Positions 42,066 to 56,432 of a stretch of 64,000 nucleotides of DNA are shown one piece after another. Within the stretch, counting starts at the first letter, position 1; each line of letters begins with the position of its first letter. Position numbers and translations under genes: made by a program. This stretch comes from Octopus vulgaris. Taxonomy: Eukaryota. Where the stretch lies: positions 64,542,001 to 64,606,000 of the forward strand of contig OX597819.1 in the NCBI GenBank assembly GCA_951406725.2, written 5' to 3'. The notes under the pieces were generated by a model. The model saw only the letters and a program-made list of their open reading frames with translations, did no database searches and was not told the DNA's origin.

Positions 42066-42497
42066 CTCGTAGGATGAGTTCCTGGATCTTAAGAACTTTC
42101 CGGTTCAGAGAACAAGGTGTCATCATACCACTTTTCTCCTCCTTTGTACGGCCACACCTCGAATACTGCTGCCCAATTGAAGATCACAGCATACATGTAC
42201 ACTGCAACTTAATTTCTTTTCCTCAACAGGCCCTGCCCTATTTAACATTGTCCCGAAAGAGATCAAAGAGGAAAAGGATCCCATCAACTTTAAACGGAGT
42301 CTGGATAGATTCCTTCAAGGAATACCAGATAAGTCACCCATAATCGGATACAACTCACCTAACAAAAACTCACTACTTGAATGGACCATAAACAAAACTT
42401 GACTTAAACAGGATTCAAATAATCCTATCAGGTGGTGCTATTAAGTTAGACATGGCCTGGACTAATCTTTGGTCGAAACATATCTAAGTTTATCTAA
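42065..42497 (+). mobile_element. 5'-truncated, internally deleted CR1-group LINE fragment
   Basis: ARRMSSWILRTF..PLFSSFVRPHLEYCCP (RPHLEY RT C-terminal motif), followed by a 3' tail with stem-loop; (TA)n both sides. Confidence 0.85.
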
Positions 42498-42549
<52 letters not shown>

Positions 42550-43262
42550 GATCCTTTCTAAAAGATGGACAGAATTTTCCAGTTAACTAAACAATTTGAA
42601 ACTTCGTATACTGGTAGAATGTGTCAAAAGAAAACGTTAATTTCAACTAGATTTTTTGAGAAAATTGTATTTTGTAACTTTTACGTAGTTTAATTCTTCG
42701 AATTTTAACCAATGAAATCCCAGCATTTGACCTAAATTCATTTGCTGCGTCTAAGTAAACAGCACACACATACACACGCACACGTGCTATTCATCCATCA
42801 CTCATGTCTTCTGTCTTCTGCAGGTGCTAGAAATAACAGCTATATCTCTTAAATCGATGAATTTCGTCGCCCAATAAAAATATTAACGATATTTTTTGGA
42901 CTTTTAAAACATGTTCGTATTCGTTCCGCTTTCGCAGGACATCAATGTTTTTGCGGTTTCCACGCATTGTCTTGTTATTTCCCATAAAGTCATACCTAAC
43001 GCACCACTTACATACCTCACACGCACACACATACACAACAAAAACACACAGACACAACAAACACACACACACACATACACAACAATAACACACACACACA
43101 CAACAAACACTCACACGCACACACATACACGACAAAAACACACACACACAGGTACCCATGTTTATTTCAATGTCATCCCTGACTTACGAAACGATTACCT
43201 GTGTGTGTGTTTTTGTTGTGTATGTGTGTGTGTGTGTGTTAGAAAAGATCTTTAGAAAAGAT

Positions 43263-43343
<81 letters not shown>

Positions 43344-43899
43344 GATGTTTATACATATCAATATCTACTTATGCAACACTTACTCGTAAGTATAGGCACA
43401 CATGCGCACCGACATATACGTGTACCTGCATGTATTATTGCCCCTGTACACGCAGGTTTATATACCTCGCATGCATACGTACATTCACACACACACACAT
43501 ACATACACGCATACACACACAAATATGCACACATATGCATGGATGTACATACACACGAATATGATTAGATAGTTGTGATATTCGAATACAAGTGAGGAAT
43601 TAGATAGGGATTAGGAGCTAAAATGTAGATTTATAAGATTATTGGTATTACCTAAGAGGTATTGACGAAATGTACTGTATGGTCGTTTAGCCATTTGGAT
43701 ATGTGGTAGAAGTTAAATGTCTGAAAAAGCGATGGTTGCTTGTGCTTAGTGCCTCATTATGTTTATTACATACCTTCTTCTACTACTAAGCACTGACCTA
43801 TCCAACCACCAAAATTCCTAAATTCTTCATTCCATACTACTACCCATCTCTCTGCCCCATCACTTAGACTCTATCTTTACACAATTGACTTTCGTTTAC

Positions 43900-43944
<45 letters not shown>

Positions 43945-43946
<2 letters not shown>

Positions 43947-44584
43947 CAATGATAAATCTCAGAGCAAGTTATAAACAGTAGCAGCAACACATCGTGACGT
44001 ATATTTACCATTTGAATATGGCTAACCCCTAAGGGTGGATGCTACTGTAGTTTGTAGCCCCAGGAGGACACCTCCTCCAGCTGGCTATAGACACACTTTC
44101 TGTGCCCTATCAGTATTTGCAAAGGGAAGCCATCCTTCCCGTCTTCAACTTATGATACACACGGACTCGAGTTTCAGGGTATTGACCCGTCATCGGCGTG
44201 TGACAATCATAGTTGTCGATGAGAAGTAGGTTCCCTTCACAAATACATATACTTTTCCAGTATCGATTGACACTGATATTGAAAAAGTGTAATCAAACAA
44301 TGATAAATCTCAGAGCGAGTTATAAACAGTAGCAGCAACACATCGTGACGTATATTTACCATTTGAATATGGCTAACCCCTAAGGGTGGATGCTACAGTA
44401 GTTTGTAGCCCCAGGAGGACCCCTCCTCCAGCTGGCTATAGACACACTTTCTGTGCCCTATGTTTGATCACACTTTCTGTGCCCTATGTTTGATTACACT
44501 TTGTGTGTATCATAAGTTGAAGACGGGAAGGATGGCTTCCCTTTGCAAATACAGATAGGGAACAGAAAGTGTGTCTATAGCCAG
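43945..44584 (-). mobile_element. Retrozyme-like / pLTR tandem element: 351-bp monomer, 166-bp partial repeat and 82-bp inverted segment
   Basis: 43945-44110 repeats at 44296-44461 (3 substitutions seen); 44503-44584 is the reverse complement of 44081-44162; abuts (TA)n; non-coding. Confidence 0.85.
44158..44202 (-). ncRNA. Minimal type I hammerhead ribozyme (U4C core variant)
   Basis: CACACG-CCGAUGA-CGGGUCAAUACCCU-GAAAC-UCGA-GUC|CGUGUG: perfect 6-bp helix I, GGG/CCC helix II, palindromic helix III. Confidence 0.8.
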
Positions 44585-45095
44585 AAACCACGTGGTTGGT
44601 AAGCAATCCACTTACCACGCAGCCACTCCTGCATCTATGATGGATTTACGAAAGGAACCGATTACAAAATTTAAATATGCATCGTATAAATTCGTATTAG
44701 TAACAACAATATGTGCATTACAATAGCTGGCGTCGAAGTCACATGCCTTATCTCAGTCAAAATTGGAATTAACACAAGGGAAATTGCGAAGAATGTTAAC
44801 ACCATTAAAATCCTTAAGATTTAACGAAAAACCGTTATAATACTTTAAAGCCAAAGCTGGATTTCGACTGAAACTATGCTGTCAATCTCATTGCTAGTTT
44901 CAACAGTAGAATGGTTTACATTTGTAGACATTGTCAGGGATATAATAAAGACAAACATTCTTATTGGCAAGATACGAATTTCGGAGCATTCAGAATTTCG
45001 TATTCTTACTCACCCTCCCAACACGCTGAAAACACACACCTCTTTCAAAATTACTTGCTTTTCATACATACAAGTGTAATGAAAATATTTAAACA

Positions 45096-45236
<141 letters not shown>

Positions 45237-45244
45237 ATGAGATA

Positions 45245-45645
45245 GAGAATAGGAAGCGAGACAGCTTTAATTGAGAAAGAAAGCAAACGATGCTGGATCA
45301 TAGGTATAGCATGTCCAGCTGACAACAAGGTATGCGATAAGGAAGAAAGAAAAGTTGATAGATATGACAAGTTAGCTTGGGAGGTTAAGCAGTTGTGATC
45401 AATGAAAAAGGTGGTAGTACTACCAATAATTGTCGGAGTCCTGGGAGCAGTGAGTAAAAATCTTGAGAAGTAAATGGAACAAATATGGGCTGCAATAAGT
45501 GTGGAGCGCTTGCAGGAAACAGCACTGCTTGGAACCGCTCGAATACGCTGTATGGTGCTCGAAGATTAAGGTGAGTTATCTTAGTACGCTGGTAGTGAAC
45601 AACTGGCACTGTAGTACATCCCGGCAATATAAACTGTGCAAAGGC

Positions 45646-45646
<1 letters not shown>
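45245..45646 (+). mobile_element. R4/Dong-like LINE 3' fragment in (AAT)n
   Basis: LIEKESKRCWII.IACPAD..LAWEVKQL..LQETALLGTARI plus 3' UTR ending in (AAT)n. Confidence 0.85.
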
Positions 45647-45710
<64 letters not shown>

Positions 45711-45712
<2 letters not shown>

Positions 45713-46632
45713 CAAATAGCCACAAAACACCAGCAAAACAAAAAAAAAAAACTCTTTTCAGTATTTAAGGAAGCTGACATATACAAACAGGAAGTCATAC
45801 AATCCTAACAAATATGAGGAAGAATCAACAAAAGCCAAAAAGTAAAATGAAATCCAAATTAAAACTAGAACAGCAACGGACCTTGATAAAACGGTGGCAA
45901 GAAAATACCCTTCATGGCAAATACTGGGCTAAACTATTTGCAAAAGAAATAGAGAAAAATCACAGCAATGGTTCAGAAGTTCAGGTCTCAAAACAGAGAC
46001 TCAAGGATTTTTTTATTGCAGCAAAAGACCAAAGCCTTCCCACCAGAAATTACCAAAAACATATAATGAAAAGAAACATAAGAGACATCATGACAATATA
46101 GCAAGGATTGTCCATATGACGCTTTGCAACACGTATGAACTTGACCGAGCCAAAACATGGTACGAACATAAAACAGAAGGCAACATCGGAAATGATAATG
46201 TAAAGATCCTATGGGATTTTATGATTCAGTGCGACCATGAGATAGAGAATAAGAAACCAGAGATAGTGTTAATTGCAAAAGAAATCAAACGCTGCTGGAT
46301 CACAGATATAGCATGCCTAGCTGACAGCAATGTATGTGATGATGAAGAAAGAAAAAATCGATAGACATGACAGGTTAGTTTGGGAGGTTAAGCAGTTGTG
46401 GTCACTGAAAAAAGGTGGTAGTGGTACCATAATTGCCGGAGGCCACATAACAGTGAGTAAAAATCTTGAGAAGTACATGGAACAAATATGAGCTGCAATA
46501 AGATTGGAGCGCTTGCACAAAACAGCACTGCTTGGAAACGCTCGAATACTGTGGACGGTGTTGGAAAACTAAGGGGTGTTAGTGAACCGCTGGGACCATA
46601 GTGAATCTCCAGCATTAGAAGCTGGGCAAAAA
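45711..46632 (+). mobile_element. R4/Dong-like LINE 3' fragment in (AAT)n
   Basis: WQENTLHGKYW..AAKDQSLPTRNY; WYEH..KILWDFMIQCDHEIENKKPEIV..CWITDIAC (RLE domain). Confidence 0.85.
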
Positions 46633-46634
46633 AC

Positions 46635-46665
46635 AATAATAATGATGATGATGATGATAATAATA

Positions 46666-46726
<61 letters not shown>

Positions 46727-46784
46727 TAATATTATGAAGAAGAAGAAGAAGAAGAAGAAGAAGAAGAAGAAGAAGAAGAAGAAG

Positions 46785-46813
<29 letters not shown>
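46635..46813. repeat. (AAT)n-(GAA)n microsatellite
   Basis: Read directly. Confidence 0.95.
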
Positions 46814-46816
<3 letters not shown>

Positions 46817-47689
46817 CGAAACATTAAAAAAGTTTAATATCAACAATTTTCTCTCAATGCTTAACATTTCCTTCCTCCCAGACAATTCGAATAGGTAAAC
46901 ATTATTGCGAGAACGCTCAGATTTATTATTGTTGCTCAAAATACTTCCGGCTATCAAACTGTATCATTTTCAAAATAACTGACTCACTGTTAATACATAA
47001 TGCAGTAAATTCTTATTAGCGACTCGAAATCGCAAACATCCATCTCTCACATCATGGAAAATGTGTAACTCATGTAACCACTCTCTAAACTTCAGAAAAA
47101 TGCAGCGGGTAAACAACAGTGGATTTCACAAAGTGCACGACTGCGAAAACTGTAAATCACGGCAAAATCTTTCAAAACTAAAGAATAATTCAGCGGTGTA
47201 GATATCGGTATATATTATTTTCTGTCAGTAATTAAAACAGAGCAAGTTGGTTCTTTCCAAGATCACCGCACTCAATGATCGCTGTGGTAGTAAACACATA
47301 TTCGACCTCTGGTGACCGCAAAGGAGTGACGCTTCTTTTGTTTGCTGATCGGGCAGGAATGCGAAACGCATTGTTGATCTTGCCGCTATCTACTGAATGT
47401 ATACACAGATAAGTGGTATTTGGCTGTTCACCAAGCTGCATCACTTCCTCCTACAATCTCCCCAACTCTTACGTATTTATGATTATCTCAAGTACAATGT
47501 AACAGTCGGAACTAACCAATATTTAATGATACTACATAACAAAGAGGATAACGGCAGCTACATTGTTGCCATGGCTGCAATTGATGGCAGCAAGGAATGA
47601 GACTATGGTAATATTTGTGGTAAATAGCGATGGCCACTGCTGTTGTAATTGCTAAGAAGTAGACGTGATTGTAACGGTCATAATGGCAG

Positions 47690-49030
47690 AGATAATAACC
47701 ATGTCTACATCAGCCACACAGGGTTCAATACTAATAATATCGATGTAGCACAAAAGCGTTTAACAAAACACAAAAAAGGGCCCCAAATCGCTTCTCCTAT
47801 AGGGGAGAGCCAGTCGGGGGCCCAAACACTAGCATAAACACTTCCCTGAATAAGATACTGGATGATCACAAGCCCTCGATCCCTCCAAGTTCACCACCAC
47901 TGTCACCATAGAACGAAATATGTAAGAGGATAAAATGGACCCAAGAAGAATATTAAGGAGTTATATACATTTATTACTGTGCATTAGGTAACCCATCAAA
48001 ACAGAAACACCACACACACTTATAAAATATGGAGAAAACGAAATCAGGACTGCAGCCTCTATTTGGACGAAAACAAGTTAGCAAATGTTAGGAGAGATAT
48101 CTTCAGAAATATCAACAGAAAGATGAACAGATAGTGAAATAACCACGATCGAGTACGCAGCGGCAAATGAACTAGATATAAGAGGGAAAGGAAACGAAGA
48201 ACCAGACAAAGAGAGCAACTCTCCACGAGTCTTAATTGAAAGAACACTCAAACGACTGGAGATATAAATTGTAATGAACCTGATGAAGATAACCAGGAAG
48301 TAAAGAAACGGTATTAATCCTGCATGATAGATAACCACTTCATAAACTCTCAAATACAATCCAAAATAGAAAACAGATTGAAATTGGCAACTCTGTGACA
48401 AACGAAATAATACATAAACTGAAACCAGATTTCATTGAGTTAAATGAAATTATTTATGCATCAGTTAAAGCAATTGAAACCTGTTATATGCTTCAGAAAA
48501 AACAAAGAAATACAAAGCTGGTAAAAATTCCAAACTGGAGACGTGAAATTGAAAAAAAGAGTTAGAGGTAATGAGGTGAAATATCAATATGAAATGAACT
48601 AATCGTTGGAAACGTTCTAAGATCCAGGAAAGGAAGAAAGATGAAGAGAAAATAGAGGTTTTCCCCAACAGAAGTAACACTGCAAGAAAAAACACAGAAA
48701 AGTTCAAAGAATACGAAGATTTGAGAAGAGAAATGCCTTACAAGTAGAATAAGATGATCACGTCCAATGCGAAAACATTCTACAGAGAAACAGGAAAGGC
48801 GAAAATAATTGTTGAAGACCCCTCACTCCCATGGAAGAATTTGAAAGTTTTGAAAATTATTTGGAGTGATTAAAAATATTAAATGCAGAATGGATTAGAC
48901 GAACAGGAGGACCCTACCAAAACTAATCGGAACAAGCATGGATGGACATCATAATAGCTGACCTAATTATAACTCTCACGAAGTTGCATAAATGGAAATA
49001 AAAGGTAAAGACAGAGTGCCAAATTTCTTA
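47690..49030 (+). mobile_element. R4/Dong-like LINE 5' portion (decayed)
   Basis: KWTQEEY..TYKIWRKRN..YLDENKLANVRRDI, then IPNWR..FYRETG..HKWK..KDRVPNF (pre-RT region), with many stops. Confidence 0.65.
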
Positions 49031-49997
49031 TGAAATTTAATTGCCATTTTGTATTAGTCGAAAGTATTAAGTTGTCAATTCGCAAAGATATTTCCCCTCA
49101 TGCATTTTGAGAACTGAAACTGCAGTGGAGTCAGAATTATTTCTGACAATGCGCACTTTCATATGCTCCTCAATTACTGTAGCTTCATGCAAAATATTCG
49201 GCAAATTCTGTCGAAATATTCCTATTGTGCCTGACGACATGTCTATAGCTATCGAATATAGGAGAGCAATTTGCCGCAACATCAAACCCCAAGAAAACTA
49301 TCACTGCAGTTTTTAAACGATGCAATACGAAAAACAACCAAAATAGAGGTAAACTGTTCATTTTGCAACAACATGAATCAAACCAATTCCATCCCAAATC
49401 ATAACAGATATCTTGATTTATACAGAAGGTGGAATGTGTAAAATTAGCCATTTGGTGTATGCAGCAGAAGGCGCCAAATGTTATATGATTCGTGTTGCAC
49501 AACAGAACAATTAAATAAAGGATTCGACGGGCATCGGGTACAATAAGAATAGTTCAACGGAAGTTGCCGAACATGTTAGATCAAAAGGATCGTTGATCCC
49601 TTTTTTACTCATTTTATCGACTCTGAAATGATGAACGATAAAGTTGATAGCGTCAAAAGTTGTACTCACTAAGCATTTTCTCTGGAGTACAAAGTATTCT
49701 GTCAGCTCGTAAATACATAAAGAGGTTTTAGGTAATATAGTTGTTAATAATGCCTACACCAGATCAATGTTAATTTCCTATCGTTTCTTGTGCTGATATA
49801 AGGGCACAAAATTACCTGATAATATCTTCCGGCATTATTTACATTATTTACATTTGACGGATATTTGTCCTCATCGTGTTTGCTGTTAACATAACGTTTC
49901 AGCTGATATACCCTCCAGCCTTCATTAGGTGCCTTGGGAGAAATTTCGTACGGGTGTTCTCATTCCTAAAGTATTTTTCGATGTTATTATTATTATT

Positions 49998-50682
<685 letters not shown>

Positions 50683-50773
50683 TGACTCCCTGGAATCGAC
50701 CTCGGAATCTTGGGGTAAGTATTCCGCGCTCTGAACGCCAATATTCGGAGTTCGGTTCCAAGCAGTGAGCTGG

Positions 50774-50843
<70 letters not shown>

Positions 50844-50893
50844 CATCGAAAAATAGCTTAGGAATGAGAAACCCCAGTTCGAAATTTCCCCAA

Positions 50894-50939
50894 GACAGCT
50901 GATGATGGCTGGAGTGTATACCAGCCGAAACGTTGTATT
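50894..50939 (+). ncRNA. Hammerhead-like motif with loopless palindromic helix III (mirror copy 49888-49933 minus)
   Basis: Two-copy consensus GACAC-CUGAUGA-(A)GGCUGG..UCAGCC-GAAACGUU|GUGUU. Confidence 0.55.
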
Positions 50940-51497
50940 AACAACAAACCAAGTGTGGACAAATATCCAACAAATGTAAATAAGGTAAAAAATGTACATA
51001 AATCCCTATGTCTTAAATATAGAAATATAATATCTTGTGGCTTCAGTTATTTCTGATTTCGGTGATATTTGACGATTATTTCTAGTTTTGAACCCAAACA
51101 GAGATCCCTCACTAGCTCATTTCTAAATGTAACTGGTTTTTCTTTCTGCATCCAGTACCTGGATGCGCACTATGACAAAACTAAATTCCATTGGCACTGG
51201 GATAACTATGGAATTATTGATTTTACATTAACATGACACAACAAAGATTCTGCATAATCATGCATCAATGTCCAAGCTACGTGTTAAACAGTTGGCAACC
51301 AAAACTAAGAGACAACGGCAAAACACTTCAAAGAAGAAAAATAGTAAGGGGAAAATAGAATATATATAGGCTTTGGTAACTGATGATCTGTGAAAGTAAG
51401 GCACTAACATGAAAACTCGTGCAAAAGTTACGCTGTGCTTAGGGGAATTCCTCTGGCAAAACCTGAAAATACTCACACACATACACTCATAAAGGCA

Positions 51498-51564
<67 letters not shown>

Positions 51565-51599
51565 TGAGAGAGAGAGATAAGGAGATACACATAATTCTG

Positions 51600-51661
<62 letters not shown>

Positions 51662-53224
51662 TATTCATCAACATTTCTACGGGATCTCTGAAAAGTATAT
51701 ACACCCTTTGCACATACACCAAACAATGTACAAACTAACACTGTTGCACTGTACTCACGCCTGTTGTAATTAAATGCATACAAATTAAAGAAAGATATGC
51801 AATGAAAAATGATAGAATGATTACTAGCATAAATAAATGTTTGTCAAATTTAAAATTATCATATGCAGCCCCAAGGAATTATCGTACTCACTCCATGGAC
51901 ATTCCAATTTATTCCATTTAACAAGAAAAAATGTATTTATATCATAAATATTTCACTCTCTAATTGTAATTCGAAATTAAACAGTAGAAAACTAAAGGCA
52001 AACACATGCAATTCAAAGCGCGTCGACAAGGTTCAAGCAGAAAACTGCCGAATTAATTAGCTAGACTTTACTACGCACTGAAATACATATTAAATTGAAA
52101 AGTAGACACATATATATTAATTTAAACACATAAACACTCAGAATTGATTCATAGCTATTAATACGCGTGATGCAGAGACATGCTCACACGCATGCACAGT
52201 TACAGGTTTCCATAACCCCACAGATGTTTTATAATTGGAAATGCCTTGTTCATCTATAAGAATTAAAACATGTGTACTTAACTTGTATCGCAGACAAATT
52301 TTCTCCGAATATTCAATATGCCAAGATTTTCAGAAAAAATATCATAGCAAAAGACACTTAACCATGAATTATCATTTACAATATCAGTACCGCTTAAATA
52401 TATGCTTAAATGATTATGGCTTTATTTAGTGGAAGCGAAGTCAGTGCTAGGAAATGAAATGTAAATAGATCAGTGGAACAGTAAAAAGTTTAGGTGAGTC
52501 AAAATGTGGTTGTGACATATTTCCACTTCTAAAGGCAAATTCAGTGCAATCACCGAGGAGGGAAATTATCTCTTATGGTAAAGAACGTAATAACACCGTA
52601 TCTGCCCAATACTGCTCTGTATCGGATTACCAGACGCAGTGTTTCTAGCTCTATAGCCGTATCAATAGGAAATCCCGAAGATAGGTAACTCTGTGTATAC
52701 CTAGTCTGGTAGCTTTAACTAAAACACAGACAGCAGCATTCACTAAGTAGCACTATTGAATCGCTAGGTCGGGAGAAATTCAGTTGTATAAGCAGCAATT
52801 ATTGGTAGCATTTAGGCGAAAGCGAACTTTAAATTGGCTAAAAAAATTGCTTGTGATAGATCTTTACTTCTAAAGGCAAAGTCGCTGCAGTTGCCGTAGA
52901 GATCATTTCTCTCTCATGCCCAGTGCTACCCTATAAATGAATATATGTTTGCCCTAAAATCCTGTTGATTTACATACGTATCAAGCAAATGGAACTTTTC
53001 AGCAATGATAGAATTGCTTTGAATCATAGGCGTGATGCCCGGCATACAGTCAAATCAAAAATCCATGCACCCACTTCATTACATCAATCTTAATTAATAC
53101 TTTAAATGAAAGGATTAAACGACCATACTCAAAATAAAGCGGGGATAAATAGTTGTAGACGAGAATGCGGTGGGTTTGTAAGAAAAATTAGCGTAAATGA
53201 TACGTGAAACTTGTGATGAAATAT

Positions 53225-53641
53225 ATTCTTTTCTATTCTGAGCTCAAGGCCAGAAATTTTGGGGGAGGGATCCAATTAATTACATCGATCTCAGTATGCA
53301 ACTGATACTTAATTTATCGACCCCGAAAGGATGAAAGGCAATGTCGACCTCAGCGGAATTTGAACTCAGACAGACAAAATAATTCAGAACGTAACGGCAG
53401 ACGAAATACCTATTTCTCTACTAATCACAAGGGGCTAAACGCAGAGAGAATAAACAAGGGCAAACAAACGGATTAAGTTGATTATATCGAACCTAGTGCG
53501 TAACTGGTACTTATTTAATCGACCCCGAAAGGATGAAAGGCAAAGTCGACCTCGGCGGAATTTGAACTCAGAACGTAACGGCAGACAAAATACCGCTAGG
53601 CATTTCGCCCAGTGTGCTAAAGTTTCTGCCAGCTCACCACC
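53225..53641 (-). mobile_element. SINE family B with internal duplication
   Basis: atcgaccccgaaaggatgaaaggcaa.gtcgacctc.gcggaatttgaactcaga occurs twice (53316, 53518). Confidence 0.85.
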
Positions 53642-54224
53642 TTTGTGATGAAATATAATGCATTGGCTTATATATGGATTCTATATTACACCGGTTCGAT
53701 AATTTACACGAAAAGAAAGTTATCTATAATACGTCCAATTGTAAGTGAGGGGGTATTATTAATCGAGCAGCTGGAGAATACCATCTTCTACAGAAAAGAA
53801 CCTATACAAATTTAAAGAAACCGGAACATTCTAGAAGCACACGTATATTACGATGTGTTATTTCTGGAAATGTATATAAATGGAAATGTATATAACGATA
53901 ATTTTAGCTAGTCAGTTAAACTATCTGCCTATATATATCACCATGTACCAACGTTCTTTATAGGGTTGTTGAACTATAATTCGACATTTGAAGAAAGTTT
54001 TGAGTATTAAGATTCTTCTTGAAATTGGATTTAACAATGTTTGATAGTAAGAGAGGAACTCTATTTCCAACGAAACTGTGATCTTAGCCTCTAAGGCATG
54101 GAATGAAATAATACTGTATGTTAAAATGAGAGTAGAATATGTCTCTAAGAAAACAATTTAATTTCTCCAGGAAATATTTCACGTTGCTCTAAGTAATTTC
54201 GAGTTATATTATAATAAAAATAAA

Positions 54225-54464
54225 TGCGCCCTTTTAAAGTCTAGCCAGGCTGATGGGACCGGTTTCGCGATTTCTATGGCGCATGTGTTCCCCAGCTGGA
54301 CGGAACGCCAGTCCATCACAGCGTTACTCATATTTACCAGCTGAGTGGCCTGGAGCAACGTGAAAGAAAGTGTTTTGCTCAAGAAGACAACGTGTCGCCT
54401 GGTCCAGGGATCGGAACCACAATCTTACGATCATGGTGCTGACACCCTAACCACGCGCCTCCAC
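54225..54464 (-). mobile_element. tRNA-derived SINE sharing the family C tail but with a different central domain
   Basis: Tail (rc) gtgatggactggcgttccgtccagctggggaacaca..gcctggctagac; centre cttgagcaaaacactttctttcacgttgctccag..cactcagctgg. Confidence 0.75.
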
Positions 54465-54720
54465 AATTTTGAGTTATATTATATGTGAATATTTTTGAAA
54501 ACAACACGTAACCGAAATTGTAATTGAATGTCCAGAGTTACAAATTCTTTGAACTATTAAGTAAACGTGAAATCTCCGGTTTATTTTGTCATGCAAAATA
54601 TACAGCTCGTATATATCCATGATTTTACATGCTTTTCACACAACTGAAATTCAACATAAAATTAGTTAAATAATCTTGGTACTTGCATACAAAATAGTAC
54701 AGAGTAAATGTCTCACTTAC

Positions 54721-54755
54721 GATTGTACAATGGACAAAGTTTGTTTATTGACTAC
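54721..54755 (-). CDS. Candidate 35-nt internal exon (VVNKQTLSIVQ-)
   Basis: Minus strand: ctctcttttattCTAACctcatcAG | exon | GTAAGT; open only in phase 0; no partner exon identified. Confidence 0.3.
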
Positions 54756-56207
54756 CTGATGAGGTTAGAATAAAAGAGAGTTGTATGGGAAAACAAAGGA
54801 TAGAAACTACGTGACGTTCGATTCAATTGACTGCAAAAATATGCCTCAAAATTTGGCACAGATACTGGAAGATAAGTCTTAGCTTATAGTTATTCTAACG
54901 ATGAAACTCGGAAAGAATTTACAGTAATTATATTATGAGTTTATTATTTAGATTTAGGTGAACACAGTGATGCTGCGTCGCAAACTTTGGAAACATACTG
55001 TATAGGCTCTTCTTGCTTACATTAGAAGCTGATGCTTAGAATCAACAAGACAGGAAACAGTGTTCATCTTTTTCTCGGTAACTCCCATGGCATCAACCCT
55101 ATCACATAAAATTTTCTATTCTTGTGAGCACTCACTCGATCACATTATTGTCATATCTTTATAATGTATTTCTTTTAAAGCCTTTACATAGTACACTCTA
55201 CGTTTGTGAATATTGATATATCTATCTATTAATGTGTTTACCATTTAAGCTCAATTTCGCCGTGAAACTTTCGCCAGAATCTATCAATAAGTATTAGTCA
55301 GAGATATAAATATTTAGATATAACGAAATGCATTTATTTTTCCGAAGATTAGCACAATATTATATGATAAAAAAAATACAAATCTTCAAAGTAATGTATA
55401 TACAATTAATTCTTTAGAACTAAACCCGGATGAACTCATGTAAGTAGAGAAATTGCTTTACACATCTATAAGCATGCATTACATGTTATACATTAATATC
55501 CTGTCTAGACACTCGCTAAGGTTTTTGTACACTTCATCGAAGCAGAGCCAGATAAAACAGACCAACATTATTAGTGGAAAACGGAAAATGCTATCGTAAA
55601 GCAGTGAACAGATTTTTATAGCACCAAATACCAAAGATTAATGCAAGGATCTTATATTTAATAGCTGCCACAAAATAAGGAAATTGATACTACGAAGATA
55701 TAATGATCTCACAGAAATGAACACAATAACAACAATATTAAATATAGCATCTCGTAAATATAACAAAAGGCCTTTTTATTGAGTAAATGTTATTTCAACC
55801 GAATAAAGAATATATATTCAAAGGTATGATATATAATTAAATATATTGAATTAAAATAGAAAATAATAACATTGTTATGCACAGCAACTAATATACAGAG
55901 ATATATTACTTTAATATCCTGTCCAGAGGCAGACCCAGAATTTTTGCTCACCAAGTCGTAAAAAATAGAATTAATACAGCGGAATGCGTAATCGTCTGCC
56001 GTACGTTAATGAAATTCGCTTGCAACGCTGGATGTGAGAAATACCTAAAATTTTCTTAGGCGGACTCAATTGCGATCCTCAGATAATGCTTACATCCTCT
56101 AAATCTCACCTAATTTCAGGTGGTTGGAAGATAGTTCAGATACGATAAGTTCAGAGCGTGGTGTTGTTCACTGGAACGTGGAGAGTTGCTCTAAAAACAA
56201 TTACCTT

Positions 56208-56266
56208 CAGAGACGATAGAATTACCATACAGAGACGATAGAATTACCATACAGAGACGATAGAAT
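56208..56266. repeat. 22-bp minisatellite x~2.7
   Basis: cagagacgatagaattaccata repeated. Confidence 0.85.
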
Positions 56267-56432
56267 AGGTGCATAGATAATTGTAGCTTATATAGATTAG
56301 AACTGGAGGAAAGAAAGGTTTCAACGAAGGATAAATGCTTGAAATTTTGTCATAATTGTAATGAATGAAACAGTGAAGAAAATTGTTGAGGGTTACAAAA
56401 CTTGCGTTAGTGTATCTTTGGCATTTATATTA

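Noticed and set aside
42445-42490. Type III hammerhead in the CR1 3' tail (TTAGACATG...GAAACATATCTAA)
   Set aside because: Lacks CUGANGA and the UH triplet; consistent with an ordinary LINE 3' stem-loop.
54756-54763. CTGATGAG as a hammerhead core
   Set aside because: No stem II or GAAA..GUH follows; better explained as the complement of a splice acceptor or chance.
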